IMG/VR virus record: IMGVR_UViG_3300009160_000036
Coordinates: 14,597-78,596 of that record
From: a virus
Strand: one strand, 5' to 3'
DNA length: 64,000 nt
Part shown: piece by piece, positions 18,915 to 28,723 of the stretch
How positions within the stretch are numbered: the first letter of the stretch is position 1
How the letters are laid out: every line of letters starts with the position of its first letter
The notes under the pieces: generated by a model
Seen by the model: the letters and a program-made list of their open reading frames with translations, nothing else
Database searches by the model: none
What the model was told of the DNA's origin: nothing
Translations under genes and position numbers: made by a program

Positions 18915-19522
18915 TGGCACGCGGTTATTCCAGCGCGGGTTCAGAGTCCACGTCCATCCGGGCGCGGGCTTATCCTGTCATCTGGGAGAAGAAGACCAAA
19001 GCTGCCATTGAGAAGGTCATCGCTAGGCGTGGTGAGGAGTTTCCCAACGAGAAGGTAAATGCCCTGCTGGGCGTTGAAACCATCGCTAAAGGGCTTAAAA
19101 GGCATTCCGAATATGTCTTTCAATGGATTGATGTAGTCCCGTCAGAGGATAAAGACTATCCGTTTGAGCTGGAAGCCTCTATGAGCATTCCGGGAACAAA
19201 TAAGCGGGCTGTTATGAAGATTGGCTCGTTCTTTGCCACCAAGGAGGAAGCCGAACAGGTTTCATACACAATGGGCGAGGGAATGGACATCGAGGAGAGC
19301 GGCAGGCCGTTGAACCTACGGCGAGATACTACCGAGGACGAGGAATCCAAAGCCCTCGACCAACGCGAGAAGAACAAAGTTCAAACCGTTGAGCTCGCAG
19401 TTTTCGAGCGCCGGCAAACATCAAAGCGATATGATGAATGGGTAAAGCGTTCCACAGAACGCTATTACGCCGAACAGAAGAAGGAAAACGAAGCAGCCAT
19501 CGAGCGGAACAAGAATAAATGA
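18914..19522 (+). CDS. MARG-tag protein 15
   Basis: Starts MARGYSSAGSE. Confidence 0.85.
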   Translation: MARGYSSAGSESTSIRARAYPVIWEKKTKAAIEKVIARRGEEFPNEKVNALLGVETIAKGLKRHSEYVFQWIDVVPSEDKDYPFELEASMSIPGTNKRAVMKIGSFFATKEEAEQVSYTMGEGMDIEESGRPLNLRRDTTEDEESKALDQREKNKVQTVELAVFERRQTSKRYDEWVKRSTERYYAEQKKENEAAIERNKNK

Positions 19523-20196
19523 GCAGGGGATACACCACAGGGGTGCGCGGAGGCTTTCAGGCCCGGAGCGAGGCTCCACGGCTCAAGGGCATTGACTTTA
19601 TGGCTTCGGGGCGGATTACCAAGATGAAGGGCAACTTCCCTCTTGAGCGCGATGCTCGTCCGTCCAAGGTCCTAGTGGAGGCCAAGGACAAAGACCTTGT
19701 TGGCACCGAAAAAGTGTTTGGCAATCAAGACATCGAGCACGCCGCTGTCTTCGTGAAAGGCAAGCAGGTGTTTCTTCGCACCGACGAGTCGTCCAATAGC
19801 GTCACCTTTACCCTCAAGGAGCTCAAAGCAATGAAAGATGCAGTCTTTACCCACAATCATCCGGTAGTCGAAGGAGTTTCCTTCCCGTTCAGTAGGGCCG
19901 ACATCTTGATGATGAGAGACGTCCGCGCTCAAGGCTTCCGGGCCGTTGCTGGCGGCACAACCTTTGTGATGGAACCCCCCAAGGACTCAAAGTTCTGGAA
20001 GACCAACTTCTCGAAACTCGAAGGCATGATGCAACAGGTCCTCGAAGTCCAGCTCAAGTCTAGGGGCGTCCCCGGCAACTCGGTTGACGAAATGTTTGCT
20101 CGCGCAAAACCCAAGGATGCGGCGTTCGCCCTTGATGCTATGTTGACCTTAATGGACAAGCAGCTGAACATCGGCTACAAGAAGCTCAAAAGCTAA
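19519..20196 (+). CDS. MARG-tag protein 16 with JAB/JAMM-like domain
   Basis: Starts MSRGYTTGVRGGFQARSE; contains IEHAAVF...THNHP...FSRADI (E...HxH...SxxD). Confidence 0.7.
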   Translation: MSRGYTTGVRGGFQARSEAPRLKGIDFMASGRITKMKGNFPLERDARPSKVLVEAKDKDLVGTEKVFGNQDIEHAAVFVKGKQVFLRTDESSNSVTFTLKELKAMKDAVFTHNHPVVEGVSFPFSRADILMMRDVRAQGFRAVAGGTTFVMEPPKDSKFWKTNFSKLEGMMQQVLEVQLKSRGVPGNSVDEMFARAKPKDAAFALDAMLTLMDKQLNIGYKKLKS

Positions 20197-20204
20197 CCCT
20201 TTTT

Positions 20205-20384
20205 ATGACCACAGGAAAATACAATACCACGAAGCACGACGTCCCCGCCGAAAACTTCAAGAACCCTATCAAGGATGACGCTTACCCGGAGATGACGGAT
20301 GAGCAGAAGAAGAAACTTGAAGAAGACATGGCGAAGCTTGAACAAGCCTTTACCAAGGCTGTTCGCAAGGCTTTTAAGGGTTGA
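20205..20384 (+). CDS. Small hypothetical protein (59 aa, below the ORF-track cutoff)
   Basis: ATG 20205 to TGA 20384 fills the gap between two MARG genes. Confidence 0.55.
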   Translation: MTTGKYNTTKHDVPAENFKNPIKDDAYPEMTDEQKKKLEEDMAKLEQAFTKAVRKAFKG

Positions 20385-20401
20385 CGCTCGTCCATCGGTA
20401 G

Positions 20402-20770
20402 ATGGCAAGAGGCTACACCAAGTCTAATTCCGAGGCAATCGCATCCGAGATGCGTGCGTCCGGAGTTTCCGTGTTCACACCAGCGCCCAACACATCGGTT
20501 GCTGCTTATTTCAAGGACAAGCCCACACGCTCCCTGAAGGGGCTTTACAAGGAAGGGATGAACATCGACATTCTTGATAACACGGGCAAGTTCACGGCCG
20601 CAAGGGTGATGAGCGTCAAGGACAAGAGCATCTCATTGTTTCCTATCTTCAAGCTTCCGGGTGTTGCGCCCTCTTTCTCTGGTGAATTGACTTTCAACCT
20701 TGAGCGCGGACCCGACAAGCAGGTGCTTGGACTCCGGAACAAGGAATACAAGTTCCGAGCGGGGCTTTAA
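20402..20770 (+). CDS. MARG-tag protein 17
   Basis: Starts MARGYTKSNSE; TTGACG-CT-CGTCCA at 20381. Confidence 0.85.
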   Translation: MARGYTKSNSEAIASEMRASGVSVFTPAPNTSVAAYFKDKPTRSLKGLYKEGMNIDILDNTGKFTAARVMSVKDKSISLFPIFKLPGVAPSFSGELTFNLERGPDKQVLGLRNKEYKFRAGL

Positions 20771-21102
20771 AAGCCCAAGGGACGGTGCATGTCTTTCGTC
20801 TGCTTGGACACAGGCAGGTCAGGGTCTATGAGCCATCTAACGGTCTTGTCGCAAGTCTTACAGGTGGACGACGCTCGCCAGAGGCGGGTCGGAGCACTGT
20901 GCATAGAAGTTTCGTTTGCCCAAAGCTTGCCGGCGCAATGAGGACAAGCAAAGGTCGGCTTAATGTGCTGTATGGATACTAGGTCGTCCTCTGTGTATCC
21001 AAGCTCGCGTTGCTTTTTGTCCATGCACGGAAGGAAAGTCGCATTCCATTCCGCATCAAGTCGGGAGAAGAAAGACTTGTTCAGTCTTTCACCTGCGTCC
21101 AT
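20767..21102 (-). CDS. Zn-ribbon hypothetical protein
   Basis: CPHC...CKTC. Confidence 0.6.
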   Translation of the reverse strand: MDAGERLNKSFFSRLDAEWNATFLPCMDKKQRELGYTEDDLVSIQHIKPTFACPHCAGKLWANETSMHSAPTRLWRASSTCKTCDKTVRWLIDPDLPVSKQTKDMHRPLGF

Positions 21103-21326
21103 CGGTCAAGCGAGTGTTGCAGCAAGTCCCGTGTGACCGTTCCCTTATCATCCTTTGGGAGGATGTTCATAAAGGCTTGGATGTTTCCCGCAAGGGCGTC
21201 GCCGGCTTGGATGAGTGCTAGGTTCTTGGCAGAAGCCTTTTCGGATTGCTCAAGGGTGTCAGCGATTCGTGCAACGCTCGTATTGAGCTTGTGCAGGAGG
21301 GCTTGGGTTGGGTCAGAGTAGTGCAT
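21081..21326 (-). CDS. Hypothetical protein
   Basis: Part of an overlapping minus-strand gene string. Confidence 0.6.
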   Translation of the reverse strand: MHYSDPTQALLHKLNTSVARIADTLEQSEKASAKNLALIQAGDALAGNIQAFMNILPKDDKGTVTRDLLQHSLDRWTQVKD

Positions 21327-21604
21327 CAGGAGTCATAGCCCTTGCGGGTGGTGTCCACATACTTGACGCGGAACTTCTTCGACCAGCGGACCTTGGGATA
21401 GCCCAATTCGGTCAAGCGGTCTTTATCGAGGTGCTGCCACTCTCCCGGAAGCGGGAGTTTGCCTGCCCTCATCATTTGCAGGGCGAGGTCATCTGGCAGG
21501 TTCGGATTGCCCTTTGGGGTGTCAAAGGAGATGATAAGGGTATCGGCTTTGCCGTAAGAATACGGGGCGCGATACTTGAACTTGAATGTAAGGTCGTTGC
21601 TCAT
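21326..21604 (-). CDS. Hypothetical protein
   Basis: Start overlaps the upstream stop. Confidence 0.6.
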   Translation of the reverse strand: MSNDLTFKFKYRAPYSYGKADTLIISFDTPKGNPNLPDDLALQMMRAGKLPLPGEWQHLDKDRLTELGYPKVRWSKKFRVKYVDTTRKGYDS

Positions 21605-21807
21605 GTCATACGAACGATGGGGAATGCGGTGTCGGGCATCAAGCACAAACTTACTTTTTCTTTGTTCGCAAGCGTAAGGTGCATCCGCTCGTCGGGAGCA
21701 TCAATCATCTTTACGGCTTCGCCGATGAGCCGGAGGTCGTCGGGCGTGAGCTCGATGTCGCACACAATCGAGTGTGCGGTGAGGTTGTGCAGTCGGATGT
21801 GCTTCAT
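21601..21807 (-). CDS. Hypothetical protein
   Basis: 4-bp overlaps with both neighbours. Confidence 0.55.
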   Translation of the reverse strand: MKHIRLHNLTAHSIVCDIELTPDDLRLIGEAVKMIDAPDERMHLTLANKEKVSLCLMPDTAFPIVRMT

Positions 21808-22025
21808 GGTAGGTCGCGCAAATCGTAAGAGCCATCAGCCTTTTGCTTGCCCTCACGGACCAACAGGTCCGGGTTAAGAACCGCAAAGGTGCGGAGCTTG
21901 TGGCGCAGTATCGCTTCAACCTCTTTGGGGGATTTGCCCTTCCCTTCGGTTTCCACGAACAACGTGATGCCGACGTGATAGGTCGGACGCGGGTCAATGC
22001 CCGTTGGCTTGGCTTTGGAGCTCAT
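21804..22025 (-). CDS. Hypothetical protein
   Basis: Start and stop overlap neighbours. Confidence 0.55.
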   Translation of the reverse strand: MSSKAKPTGIDPRPTYHVGITLFVETEGKGKSPKEVEAILRHKLRTFAVLNPDLLVREGKQKADGSYDLRDLP

Positions 22026-22375
22026 TAGAGAGGGGACATGCCCAGAGGATAGACCTTGCCGTTAAAGTGGTCGGAGACGCGTCCTGCGGAGCCGAGGTCA
22101 TCTTCCAGACCCTTACCATACAGGGTGAGGGTGTCCATCGCCTTGATGTAATCCCGGCGGGCTTCTTCGAGACGCTCTTTCGAGCGAGCGGACTCTTTGT
22201 CGGCGTCCAGACCTTCTTCCTTGGCGAAAGAAATGTCGTCGGCGAGCATACCCTCATAGAGGTCAATGTCCTTGCGGGCATCGAGCGCTTCAAGGGCTGC
22301 GGTGTGTGCCTTATCGAGGGAGTGCTTGGACTCGCTCAAGAGGCTGATGATTTTGTTGAGGTCGTTGAGACTCAT
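22025..22375 (-). CDS. Hypothetical coiled-coil protein
   Basis: Start re-assigned to MSLNDL; TTGACG-N17-CATAAC promoter-like site upstream. Confidence 0.6.
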   Translation of the reverse strand: MSLNDLNKIISLLSESKHSLDKAHTAALEALDARKDIDLYEGMLADDISFAKEEGLDADKESARSKERLEEARRDYIKAMDTLTLYGKGLEDDLGSAGRVSDHFNGKVYPLGMSPL

Positions 22376-22475
22376 AGTGGCGTAGTTAATGTTATGCCCG
22401 ACGGCTTGGGTTGCGTCAAGCGGAAAAAGAAAAGGGGCAGGAGATTTCTCCCCCGCCCCCAGCGGTGCTTTCGGA

Positions 22476-23333
22476 TTAGTTGAGCTTGATGAGGAGGGCT
22501 TCAACGTTGCCGGTATTCGCGGCTCGGATGAAGTTGTTCATCACAGCAGTCCCGACGCGTTCAGCGAGCTCGAAGCGAGGCTTCTCGGCGCGACCAGCGA
22601 CATCGTGCGTGAGGTGTTGCGTGACGCTGTTGTAGAGGTTCCACAGGTTGCGTTCACGGTCTTCGTGGTAGGACGGAGACTCCCAGATGCCGACGACCTT
22701 CTCGGCCATACGCTCCGACAGCACCTTGCGGTCAGCGAGGTTCAGCAGGACACGCGAGCCTTCCTTCTGACCGACCTTGATTTCAGCCATACGGCGAAAG
22801 GCAGGCAGGGCATTGTGGAAGGAGTGAATAGCGGCATCCAGCGACTCGCCCACAAACTCGGTTTCAAGCGAGGAGGTGTGCTTGCGGGTGAGGTTGAGAG
22901 CGTTCACAGGGACAGCGGCTCCGTTAGAGCAGATGAGGCGGAACAGGCCGACGGCGAATGACGCCCGGAGACTGCCGTCAAACGAGTTTTGGGCGGTGAG
23001 ACGGAAGTGAACGTCATCCTTGCCAATCTTACCACCCACGGCGGGGAAGTCATAGATGGCGCGGGCACGAGCTCCACCGTGAGTCACGATGGTTCGACGT
23101 TTGAAGTCCATACCCTTCTGACCGAACAACTTTTCAGCGGTGCTGAACAGCGTTTCGTTCTGGAGGATTTCGTAGCGGTCCGTCACGGTAGCGAACACTT
23201 CTCCAGTGTCCTTGCGTCGCGTGCCGAAGAAGCGAGTCTGCTCGCCGGTGGGGGTGAGGAGCGGGACCTGCTCGACTTCATAGTCGAACTTGGAGGTGAC
23301 CCGCTCGTTGGTTTCTGTGATGTTGGTGTGCAT
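22476..23333 (-). CDS. DUF932/DUF945-family phage protein
   Basis: VFATVTDRYEILQNE...QNSFDGS...GLFRLICSNG...RKHT...LWNLYNSVT. Confidence 0.85.
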   Translation of the reverse strand: MHTNITETNERVTSKFDYEVEQVPLLTPTGEQTRFFGTRRKDTGEVFATVTDRYEILQNETLFSTAEKLFGQKGMDFKRRTIVTHGGARARAIYDFPAVGGKIGKDDVHFRLTAQNSFDGSLRASFAVGLFRLICSNGAAVPVNALNLTRKHTSSLETEFVGESLDAAIHSFHNALPAFRRMAEIKVGQKEGSRVLLNLADRKVLSERMAEKVVGIWESPSYHEDRERNLWNLYNSVTQHLTHDVAGRAEKPRFELAERVGTAVMNNFIRAANTGNVEALLIKLN

Positions 23334-23385
23334 GTGGGTTGAAGAATTAAGGTTTTGAGTTATGCGGAAGCGATTGTCAAATAAA

Positions 23386-23556
23386 TTATTGAGCAAATCG
23401 TTTTGCCTTCTCGTTGGCAAGGTCGGCAAGGCGGGAGTAGATGAGGGTCATCGTATCCTTGTCGTAGCGGGCTTGGTCGTTGCGACCCTGCCCCCAAGAG
23501 CCTTCTGCCCAAGCGAGGGCGTCGATGGCGAGCTGGTCAATTTGGTCGTTGGTCAT
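23386..23556 (-). CDS. Small hypothetical protein
   Basis: 56-aa ORF MTNDQIDQ in a minus-strand string of small genes. Confidence 0.5.
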   Translation of the reverse strand: MTNDQIDQLAIDALAWAEGSWGQGRNDQARYDKDTMTLIYSRLADLANEKAKRFAQ

Positions 23557-23566
23557 AGTGGTAGGA

Positions 23567-23842
23567 TTAAGCGAGATGGATTTCGTCGTCTTCCGTTCCG
23601 GTGGTATCGTCGGCATAGTCCTCTTCATCTTCGTCCTCATCGGACTCGATGCGGAAGTCCACATACTTCATACAGAGACGAAGCATGCCGTCATAGTCGG
23701 TGCCGTCGGTCATAGCGACCTTGGTTTCCTCCTTGAACGCCTTGAGGTATGCGGGGGTGGCCGCAAGCGCCCTGTTACAGGCACCAAGGATGTAGAAGAT
23801 GTTGCCGTCCGGATTGCGGACGATGGGTTTGGTGTTGGACAT
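23567..23842 (-). CDS. Hypothetical protein (DGNIFYILG motif, acidic tail)
   Basis: DGNIFYILGACNRAL...DYDGMLRLCMKYV. Confidence 0.65.
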   Translation of the reverse strand: MSNTKPIVRNPDGNIFYILGACNRALAATPAYLKAFKEETKVAMTDGTDYDGMLRLCMKYVDFRIESDEDEDEEDYADDTTGTEDDEIHLA

Positions 23843-23855
23843 AAGGTGGTAGGAA

Positions 23856-24089
23856 TTAAGAACCGAAGTCGTCGTAGTAAGATTTGTTAAGCTCAACCTC
23901 GAAGACTCGACCACCCCAAGAGTCAAAGGAGGACTCGAAGTTAGTGTCGGGGTCGGGGCGACCTTCTTTCCCCTCCGCGTAAGCGAGGCGAAGAGCGCCC
24001 ATAGCGTTGGCTTCCGAATCAGAGGCGACAGAGATGCCGTATCCGAAGATTCCGGGGATGACCCCAATCCAGATGGTCTTGGCTTTCAT
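23856..24089 (-). CDS. Hypothetical protein
   Basis: ORF MKAKTIWIG. Confidence 0.55.
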   Translation of the reverse strand: MKAKTIWIGVIPGIFGYGISVASDSEANAMGALRLAYAEGKEGRPDPDTNFESSFDSWGGRVFEVELNKSYYDDFGS

Positions 24090-24222
24090 TAGAGGCAGAG
24101 GAAGGCGACAGAGGTAATCCAAGCCAGAGCGACGATGCCGATGGCGATGATGGCTTCTTTGATGATTTGCATGTTGGTAGAAAGAGAAGGGGGCGGGGGG
24201 ATTGCTCCCCCCACCCGCTTGA

Positions 24223-24705
24223 TTAAGCAACCTCTCCGTCGAAGGAGATGAGGTTGGACTCCTTGATGCTGATGACCTCGGTGGCGACCTTGTTTTCGGA
24301 GCGAGCCGAAGGGACGAGGAAGGACTCGAACTCATCCTTGCCCACGGTCACACCGTTGACCTTGAAGACCACGAAGGCCTTCTTGCCAGCAGAGGTGAGA
24401 CGGAGGAAGCGTTCGCCCTTATGCTTGATGACGAAGGGGAAGTTTTCCCATTCACCCCAAGCGAGGGGCTGGACTTCACCGCGTTCGTTAGAGGCGATGC
24501 CCTCCTTGACAGAGGCGAGGTTGGCGAAGTTTACGCCGGCTCGAAAGACGTTGGAGACAATCTTTTCGAGGATGACGCCCTTGAAGGCGGCAGCGGGCTT
24601 CGGGTTGGACTTGAAGGTCACCGAGGCGAACTGACCTTTGCAGGCGAGGAAGGCGTCGATGGCGTTGTTGGTGGCGGTGTTGGGCATGTTGGCGGTGTTG
24701 GACAT
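24223..24705 (-). CDS. Hypothetical phage protein
   Basis: First gene of the leftward block; AWGEW...HKG motif; followed by a terminator-like hairpin. Confidence 0.65.
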   Translation of the reverse strand: MSNTANMPNTATNNAIDAFLACKGQFASVTFKSNPKPAAAFKGVILEKIVSNVFRAGVNFANLASVKEGIASNERGEVQPLAWGEWENFPFVIKHKGERFLRLTSAGKKAFVVFKVNGVTVGKDEFESFLVPSARSENKVATEVISIKESNLISFDGEVA

Positions 24706-24825
24706 AAGGGCGGGGGTGGAGGTGAGGGAGGTTTCGTTTGAGGGAGTGCTGTTTTGCATAAAAGAAGTTGATACTATTCCCTTCCGCTTGCCAAGCACAA
24801 AAAACAGAAAAAGATTAAAACATCT

Positions 24826-24839
24826 GTAAGTCGTTGATA
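24826..24839. promoter_or_regulatory. IHF-consensus site in an AT-rich divergent control region
   Basis: Reverse complement TATCAACGACTTA matches WATCAANNNNTTR; an identical 14-mer occurs at 32176. Confidence 0.5.
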
Positions 24840-24935
24840 ATCAATGTAATCAAAATGTGCTATTTTCCTGTTTCGGGAAAGATTTTTGCAGAAAAATGTC
24901 GCATCAGAGGACAAATCACCCTGTTGTAGATACAG

Positions 24936-25295
24936 ATGAAGCGCACACCCTTACGTCGAAAATCCCCAATGAAATCAGGGTCATCGTTCACTTCTCGCAA
25001 GCCTAGCACTCCGGGCAACACTCTTAAGACCCATCGGCCGATGCGTCGCGTAAGCAAGAAGCGAGCAAAGGAGAACAAGCTCTATATGGACGTCCGCAAG
25101 GTGTATCTTACAGAACACCCCCGCTGTCAGGTGTGCATAGACTCACCCGCATGCGACATACATCATAGAAGGGGGCGATGGAAGTCTCGCCTCTATGATA
25201 CAGAGTTCTTCCTTGCCGTCTGCCGACCCTGCCACGACCGGATACATCACAACCCCGAATGGGCATACGCAACAGGTCTGCTCCTACCACGATGA
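24936..25295 (+). CDS. HNH-like nuclease
   Basis: MKRTPLRRK...CQVC...DIHH...VCRPCHDRIH. Confidence 0.75.
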   Translation: MKRTPLRRKSPMKSGSSFTSRKPSTPGNTLKTHRPMRRVSKKRAKENKLYMDVRKVYLTEHPRCQVCIDSPACDIHHRRGRWKSRLYDTEFFLAVCRPCHDRIHHNPEWAYATGLLLPR

Positions 25296-25849
25296 GCTCG
25301 TGGGAAGAACGCCTCGAATGGAATATGGTCGAGATAAGGAAGCTCGCCGTCATCAATGAGCAGCGGGCGATTGCCCGTCGCGCAAAGGAGGCAAAAGAAA
25401 AACAACTCCTGTTAGATTCGGGAGTTGACCCAGAGAAAGTTCTGGGCAAAACAAGTATTCCTCAAACCGTATCACAATCAACCGCACGAAAAATGGAACG
25501 ACATGAATTAGACCTTGGCGACATCTGCCAAGTCACAGCCGGCAAGTTTGCCGATAAGAAGGTGCTCGTCATTAAGGCAGGCATCACCACGAAGTTTGGA
25601 CTCAAGAGCATCACCGTCGAATACTTTGGTCCTAACAAGACCGGAGAGAAAGTCTGGGTATCGCCTGAGCAACTCGCCTTCGAGGGAGAGAACGACCTTG
25701 AGACGGCTAACGCCATCAAAGAGGCCGACTACCAAGAATGGAAGGCTCGCAAGCAAGCAGGTGTCCCGCCAGCTGCTGCCTTCAAGCAGACAAAGAGCTG
25801 GAAGAAGCCCAAGCAGGAGTCCGACCCTTCGGACGATTCGTTTCTCTGA
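25292..25849 (+). CDS. Hypothetical protein with KOW-like motif
   Basis: LGDICQVTAGKFADKKVLVI. Confidence 0.55.
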   Translation: MSSWEERLEWNMVEIRKLAVINEQRAIARRAKEAKEKQLLLDSGVDPEKVLGKTSIPQTVSQSTARKMERHELDLGDICQVTAGKFADKKVLVIKAGITTKFGLKSITVEYFGPNKTGEKVWVSPEQLAFEGENDLETANAIKEADYQEWKARKQAGVPPAAAFKQTKSWKKPKQESDPSDDSFL

Positions 25850-25973
25850 CGCGGTAGTCCCCGCGCCGGAAGGCTGGGAGATAGTTCCCCCACGCATTCT
25901 CCCTCACACGGAGTTATGCGCCTTTGTCTGCACATCAGGAACAGGCAAGAAGGAGTCCACCTATCACTTCAAT

Positions 25974-26363
25974 ATGCAAATCATGCGAGATGCCGAGCTG
26001 CTGAAGCTTGTCGTCGAGTGTGAGGAGATGGACTACCAGAGTAAGCGGACGTATGATACCGACGCTCGCCCGGATTGGGATGGATGGGTCAGGGAGGCAG
26101 AGGAGGCTTGGGTCGATGAAGTAATCATGTATGGGCATGAACAGGCGATAGCGCCGATGCTGGTGTGCTTCAGGAGATTCCTAGTCCCGTTCAGGAAGAT
26201 GGCCGCAATCAGGAAAGAAGATTTCCCGGAGCAAGAAGTATTCGGAGAGCCAGAGGAGATGGACACCCCGGACGTGGTGATTCAAAATCTCCCGCCCGCG
26301 CCAAAAACAAAGCCGAAGAAAGTTCTGAAGAAAAAAGATGACAAAGGTCCTGACCTGTTTTAA
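25974..26363 (+). CDS. Hypothetical protein (start uncertain)
   Basis: 3' part of the 25515-26363 frame. Confidence 0.5.
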   Translation: MQIMRDAELLKLVVECEEMDYQSKRTYDTDARPDWDGWVREAEEAWVDEVIMYGHEQAIAPMLVCFRRFLVPFRKMAAIRKEDFPEQEVFGEPEEMDTPDVVIQNLPPAPKTKPKKVLKKKDDKGPDLF

Positions 26364-26414
26364 AAGGTAGTTGGTTGACAGGTGTTATTCACAAGGCATT
26401 TCTCGTCGTGACAC

Positions 26415-28484
26415 ATGACGACGATTTCCCCATACGACAGAGCTGCAAGATACATTGCGGCATCCGCACCAGCAATTTCAGGGGCTGGCGGACACAACAC
26501 AACATTCTCAATGGCGATTGCACTCTATCACGGGTTCAATCTGTCCGAGGCAGAGACATACAGCCTATTGATGGCTTATGCGATGAAGTGCCAACCGCCG
26601 TGGTCCGAGCGCGAAGTGAAACACAAGCTCAAGGAAGCGATGAAGACCGAGCCAACGCAACCTCGCGGCTGGTTGCTGAATGACCAGCACGGTGAGCTAG
26701 CACCGCGTAAGCGGGGTGCCGAACCTGCCAACGTCACACAGTCCGGTAAGTTCAAGGTCAACTTGGGCAACCTAGCGACGGTCCCAGAAGTCGAGCAGTT
26801 CACGACGGCTCAGCTTCTCCAGAATTGTTTTAAGGATGACGAAATCATCTGCATCACCAATGAGGCGGGGCAGGATGAGGATGGAAGATGGTTCCCGGCG
26901 TCCAAGGGGACGTTCCAGACCGTCCGCTGGTGGTTGGATAAGTATTTTGGTCCTAGTCCCGAAGACAGAGAGCTTTTTATGCACAAGCAGCAGGGTGCAT
27001 ACATCCGCATCAACCCGATGAAGCCAGAGGATTACTCTGGCCGAGATGATTCGGTGGGCGTCTTCCGGCACGTGCTCGTCGAGTTCGACACGCGTCCCAA
27101 GGAAGAACAGTATGCCATCTTCAAGCAGTCGCAGCTTCCTATTGCTGCCATCATCGACTCAGGCGGCAAGAGCTTGCACGCATGGGTGAGAGTGGACGCC
27201 ACAGACTTCGAGGACTGGAAGGTCCGTCGCAAGATGGTCTTTGACTACCTGTCCGACTATGAGCCGGACGAGATGACCAAGAACCCCTCACGCTGGTCTA
27301 GGCTCGGCGGTGTGTTTCGTGGCGCAAACGAGCAACGCGTCGTGGGACTCAACGTGGGGCTGTCCGGCTGGGACGAATGGCTCTCATACCTCGAATCCTC
27401 CGAAGTGCCTGATGAGATTACCGTCGACCAGCTCATCGAATACAACACGGACAATGACCCGACCACAGTCCTCGGCAATAGGTGGCTCTGCCAAGGCGGT
27501 TCGTTATGCGTCATCGGTCAGTCCGGTATCGGCAAGTCCAGCTTCCTGATGCAAATGGCAATCATGTTAGCCATCGGCCGACCCTTCTTCAACATCGAGG
27601 TCAAGCGTCCATACAAGTGCATCATTATGCAGGCCGAGAATGACACGGGCGACCTATCGGAGGCGTTCAAAGGCATCGTCTCCTCGATGTCCTTGTCCGA
27701 GACAGAACAGAAGCTGCTCCGCACCAACATCAAGTTCTACCGAGAAACCGTCAAGGTTGGCTTCGAGTTCGTCAAGCAAGCCCGCAAGCTCATCGTTCAC
27801 AACAAGGCCGATTTTTTCTTCGCAGACCCGTTGCTCAGCTTTGCCGGCGGCGACATCTCCAAGCAAGACTACGCATCGCAGTTCCTCCGCAATTGGATTA
27901 CCCCCGTCCTCATGGAGACGAACGTCGTATGGGTGTTCCTGCACCATACCGGCAAACCCAAAAACGCCGATGTCGCATCATCCCAGACCGTATCCGACCT
28001 CGCATATTCGGGACTAGGAAGCAGTGAGCTCGTAAATTGGGCGCGTGAAGTCGCCGTATTAAGACGCACAGACAAGGTGAAGCCCTTCTTCGAGTTAGTG
28101 ATGACCAAGAGAGGGAAGCGAGCTGGACTCCTTGATAAGGACGGTAAGCCCACCGCATTTCTTAATCTCCGACACGCGGAAGGTCGAATCCTCTGGGAGG
28201 TGAACGACGAGAACATCCTGTCCAACTTCGGGCTGAAGGACCTGAACAAGATGATAGACATGCCCCCCACGGAACACCACAACGACCCGGAGCAGTCTCC
28301 GCTCGTCCGCTACATTGCACACAAATTGGGAGTAGGAAACGCCACAGGAGGCGACGTGGCAGCTCACCTTATCCGACTATCGACCACCAACCCAATCATT
28401 GTCTGGAACGCCCGCCGGGGCATCTGGACGGGTGTCCAATGGAGCGACGAAACCATCAAGACTCTGGAAGCCGACCCATTCTGA
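26415..28484 (+). CDS. Primase-helicase (N-terminal primase-associated domains plus RepA/AAA_25-type helicase)
   Basis: PAISGAGGHN...CQPPWSEREV; DSGGKSLHAWV; Walker A GQSGIGKS; FADP; LHHTGK; GSS. Confidence 0.88.
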   Translation: MTTISPYDRAARYIAASAPAISGAGGHNTTFSMAIALYHGFNLSEAETYSLLMAYAMKCQPPWSEREVKHKLKEAMKTEPTQPRGWLLNDQHGELAPRKRGAEPANVTQSGKFKVNLGNLATVPEVEQFTTAQLLQNCFKDDEIICITNEAGQDEDGRWFPASKGTFQTVRWWLDKYFGPSPEDRELFMHKQQGAYIRINPMKPEDYSGRDDSVGVFRHVLVEFDTRPKEEQYAIFKQSQLPIAAIIDSGGKSLHAWVRVDATDFEDWKVRRKMVFDYLSDYEPDEMTKNPSRWSRLGGVFRGANEQRVVGLNVGLSGWDEWLSYLESSEVPDEITVDQLIEYNTDNDPTTVLGNRWLCQGGSLCVIGQSGIGKSSFLMQMAIMLAIGRPFFNIEVKRPYKCIIMQAENDTGDLSEAFKGIVSSMSLSETEQKLLRTNIKFYRETVKVGFEFVKQARKLIVHNKADFFFADPLLSFAGGDISKQDYASQFLRNWITPVLMETNVVWVFLHHTGKPKNADVASSQTVSDLAYSGLGSSELVNWAREVAVLRRTDKVKPFFELVMTKRGKRAGLLDKDGKPTAFLNLRHAEGRILWEVNDENILSNFGLKDLNKMIDMPPTEHHNDPEQSPLVRYIAHKLGVGNATGGDVAAHLIRLSTTNPIIVWNARRGIWTGVQWSDETIKTLEADPF

Positions 28485-28723
28485 CCGTATGGGCACAACG
28501 GACCATCATCCCAAGGCAATTCAGATGAGCAATTCTAACAGCATAGCGAAACGCGTAAGCGTGAGCGTTACCAGTAGCATTGCTACGTGCTACCGTGTCT
28601 ATATGGGACTAGGAAGTCCTTTGTCAAGCAGAAAAGTGCGATTATTTGCAGATAGTCTGAAATACCCCCTTTTGGCCCCCCTTTCCCACCCTCAACCGTT
28701 GACAAATCCCAACCCCTTGACTA

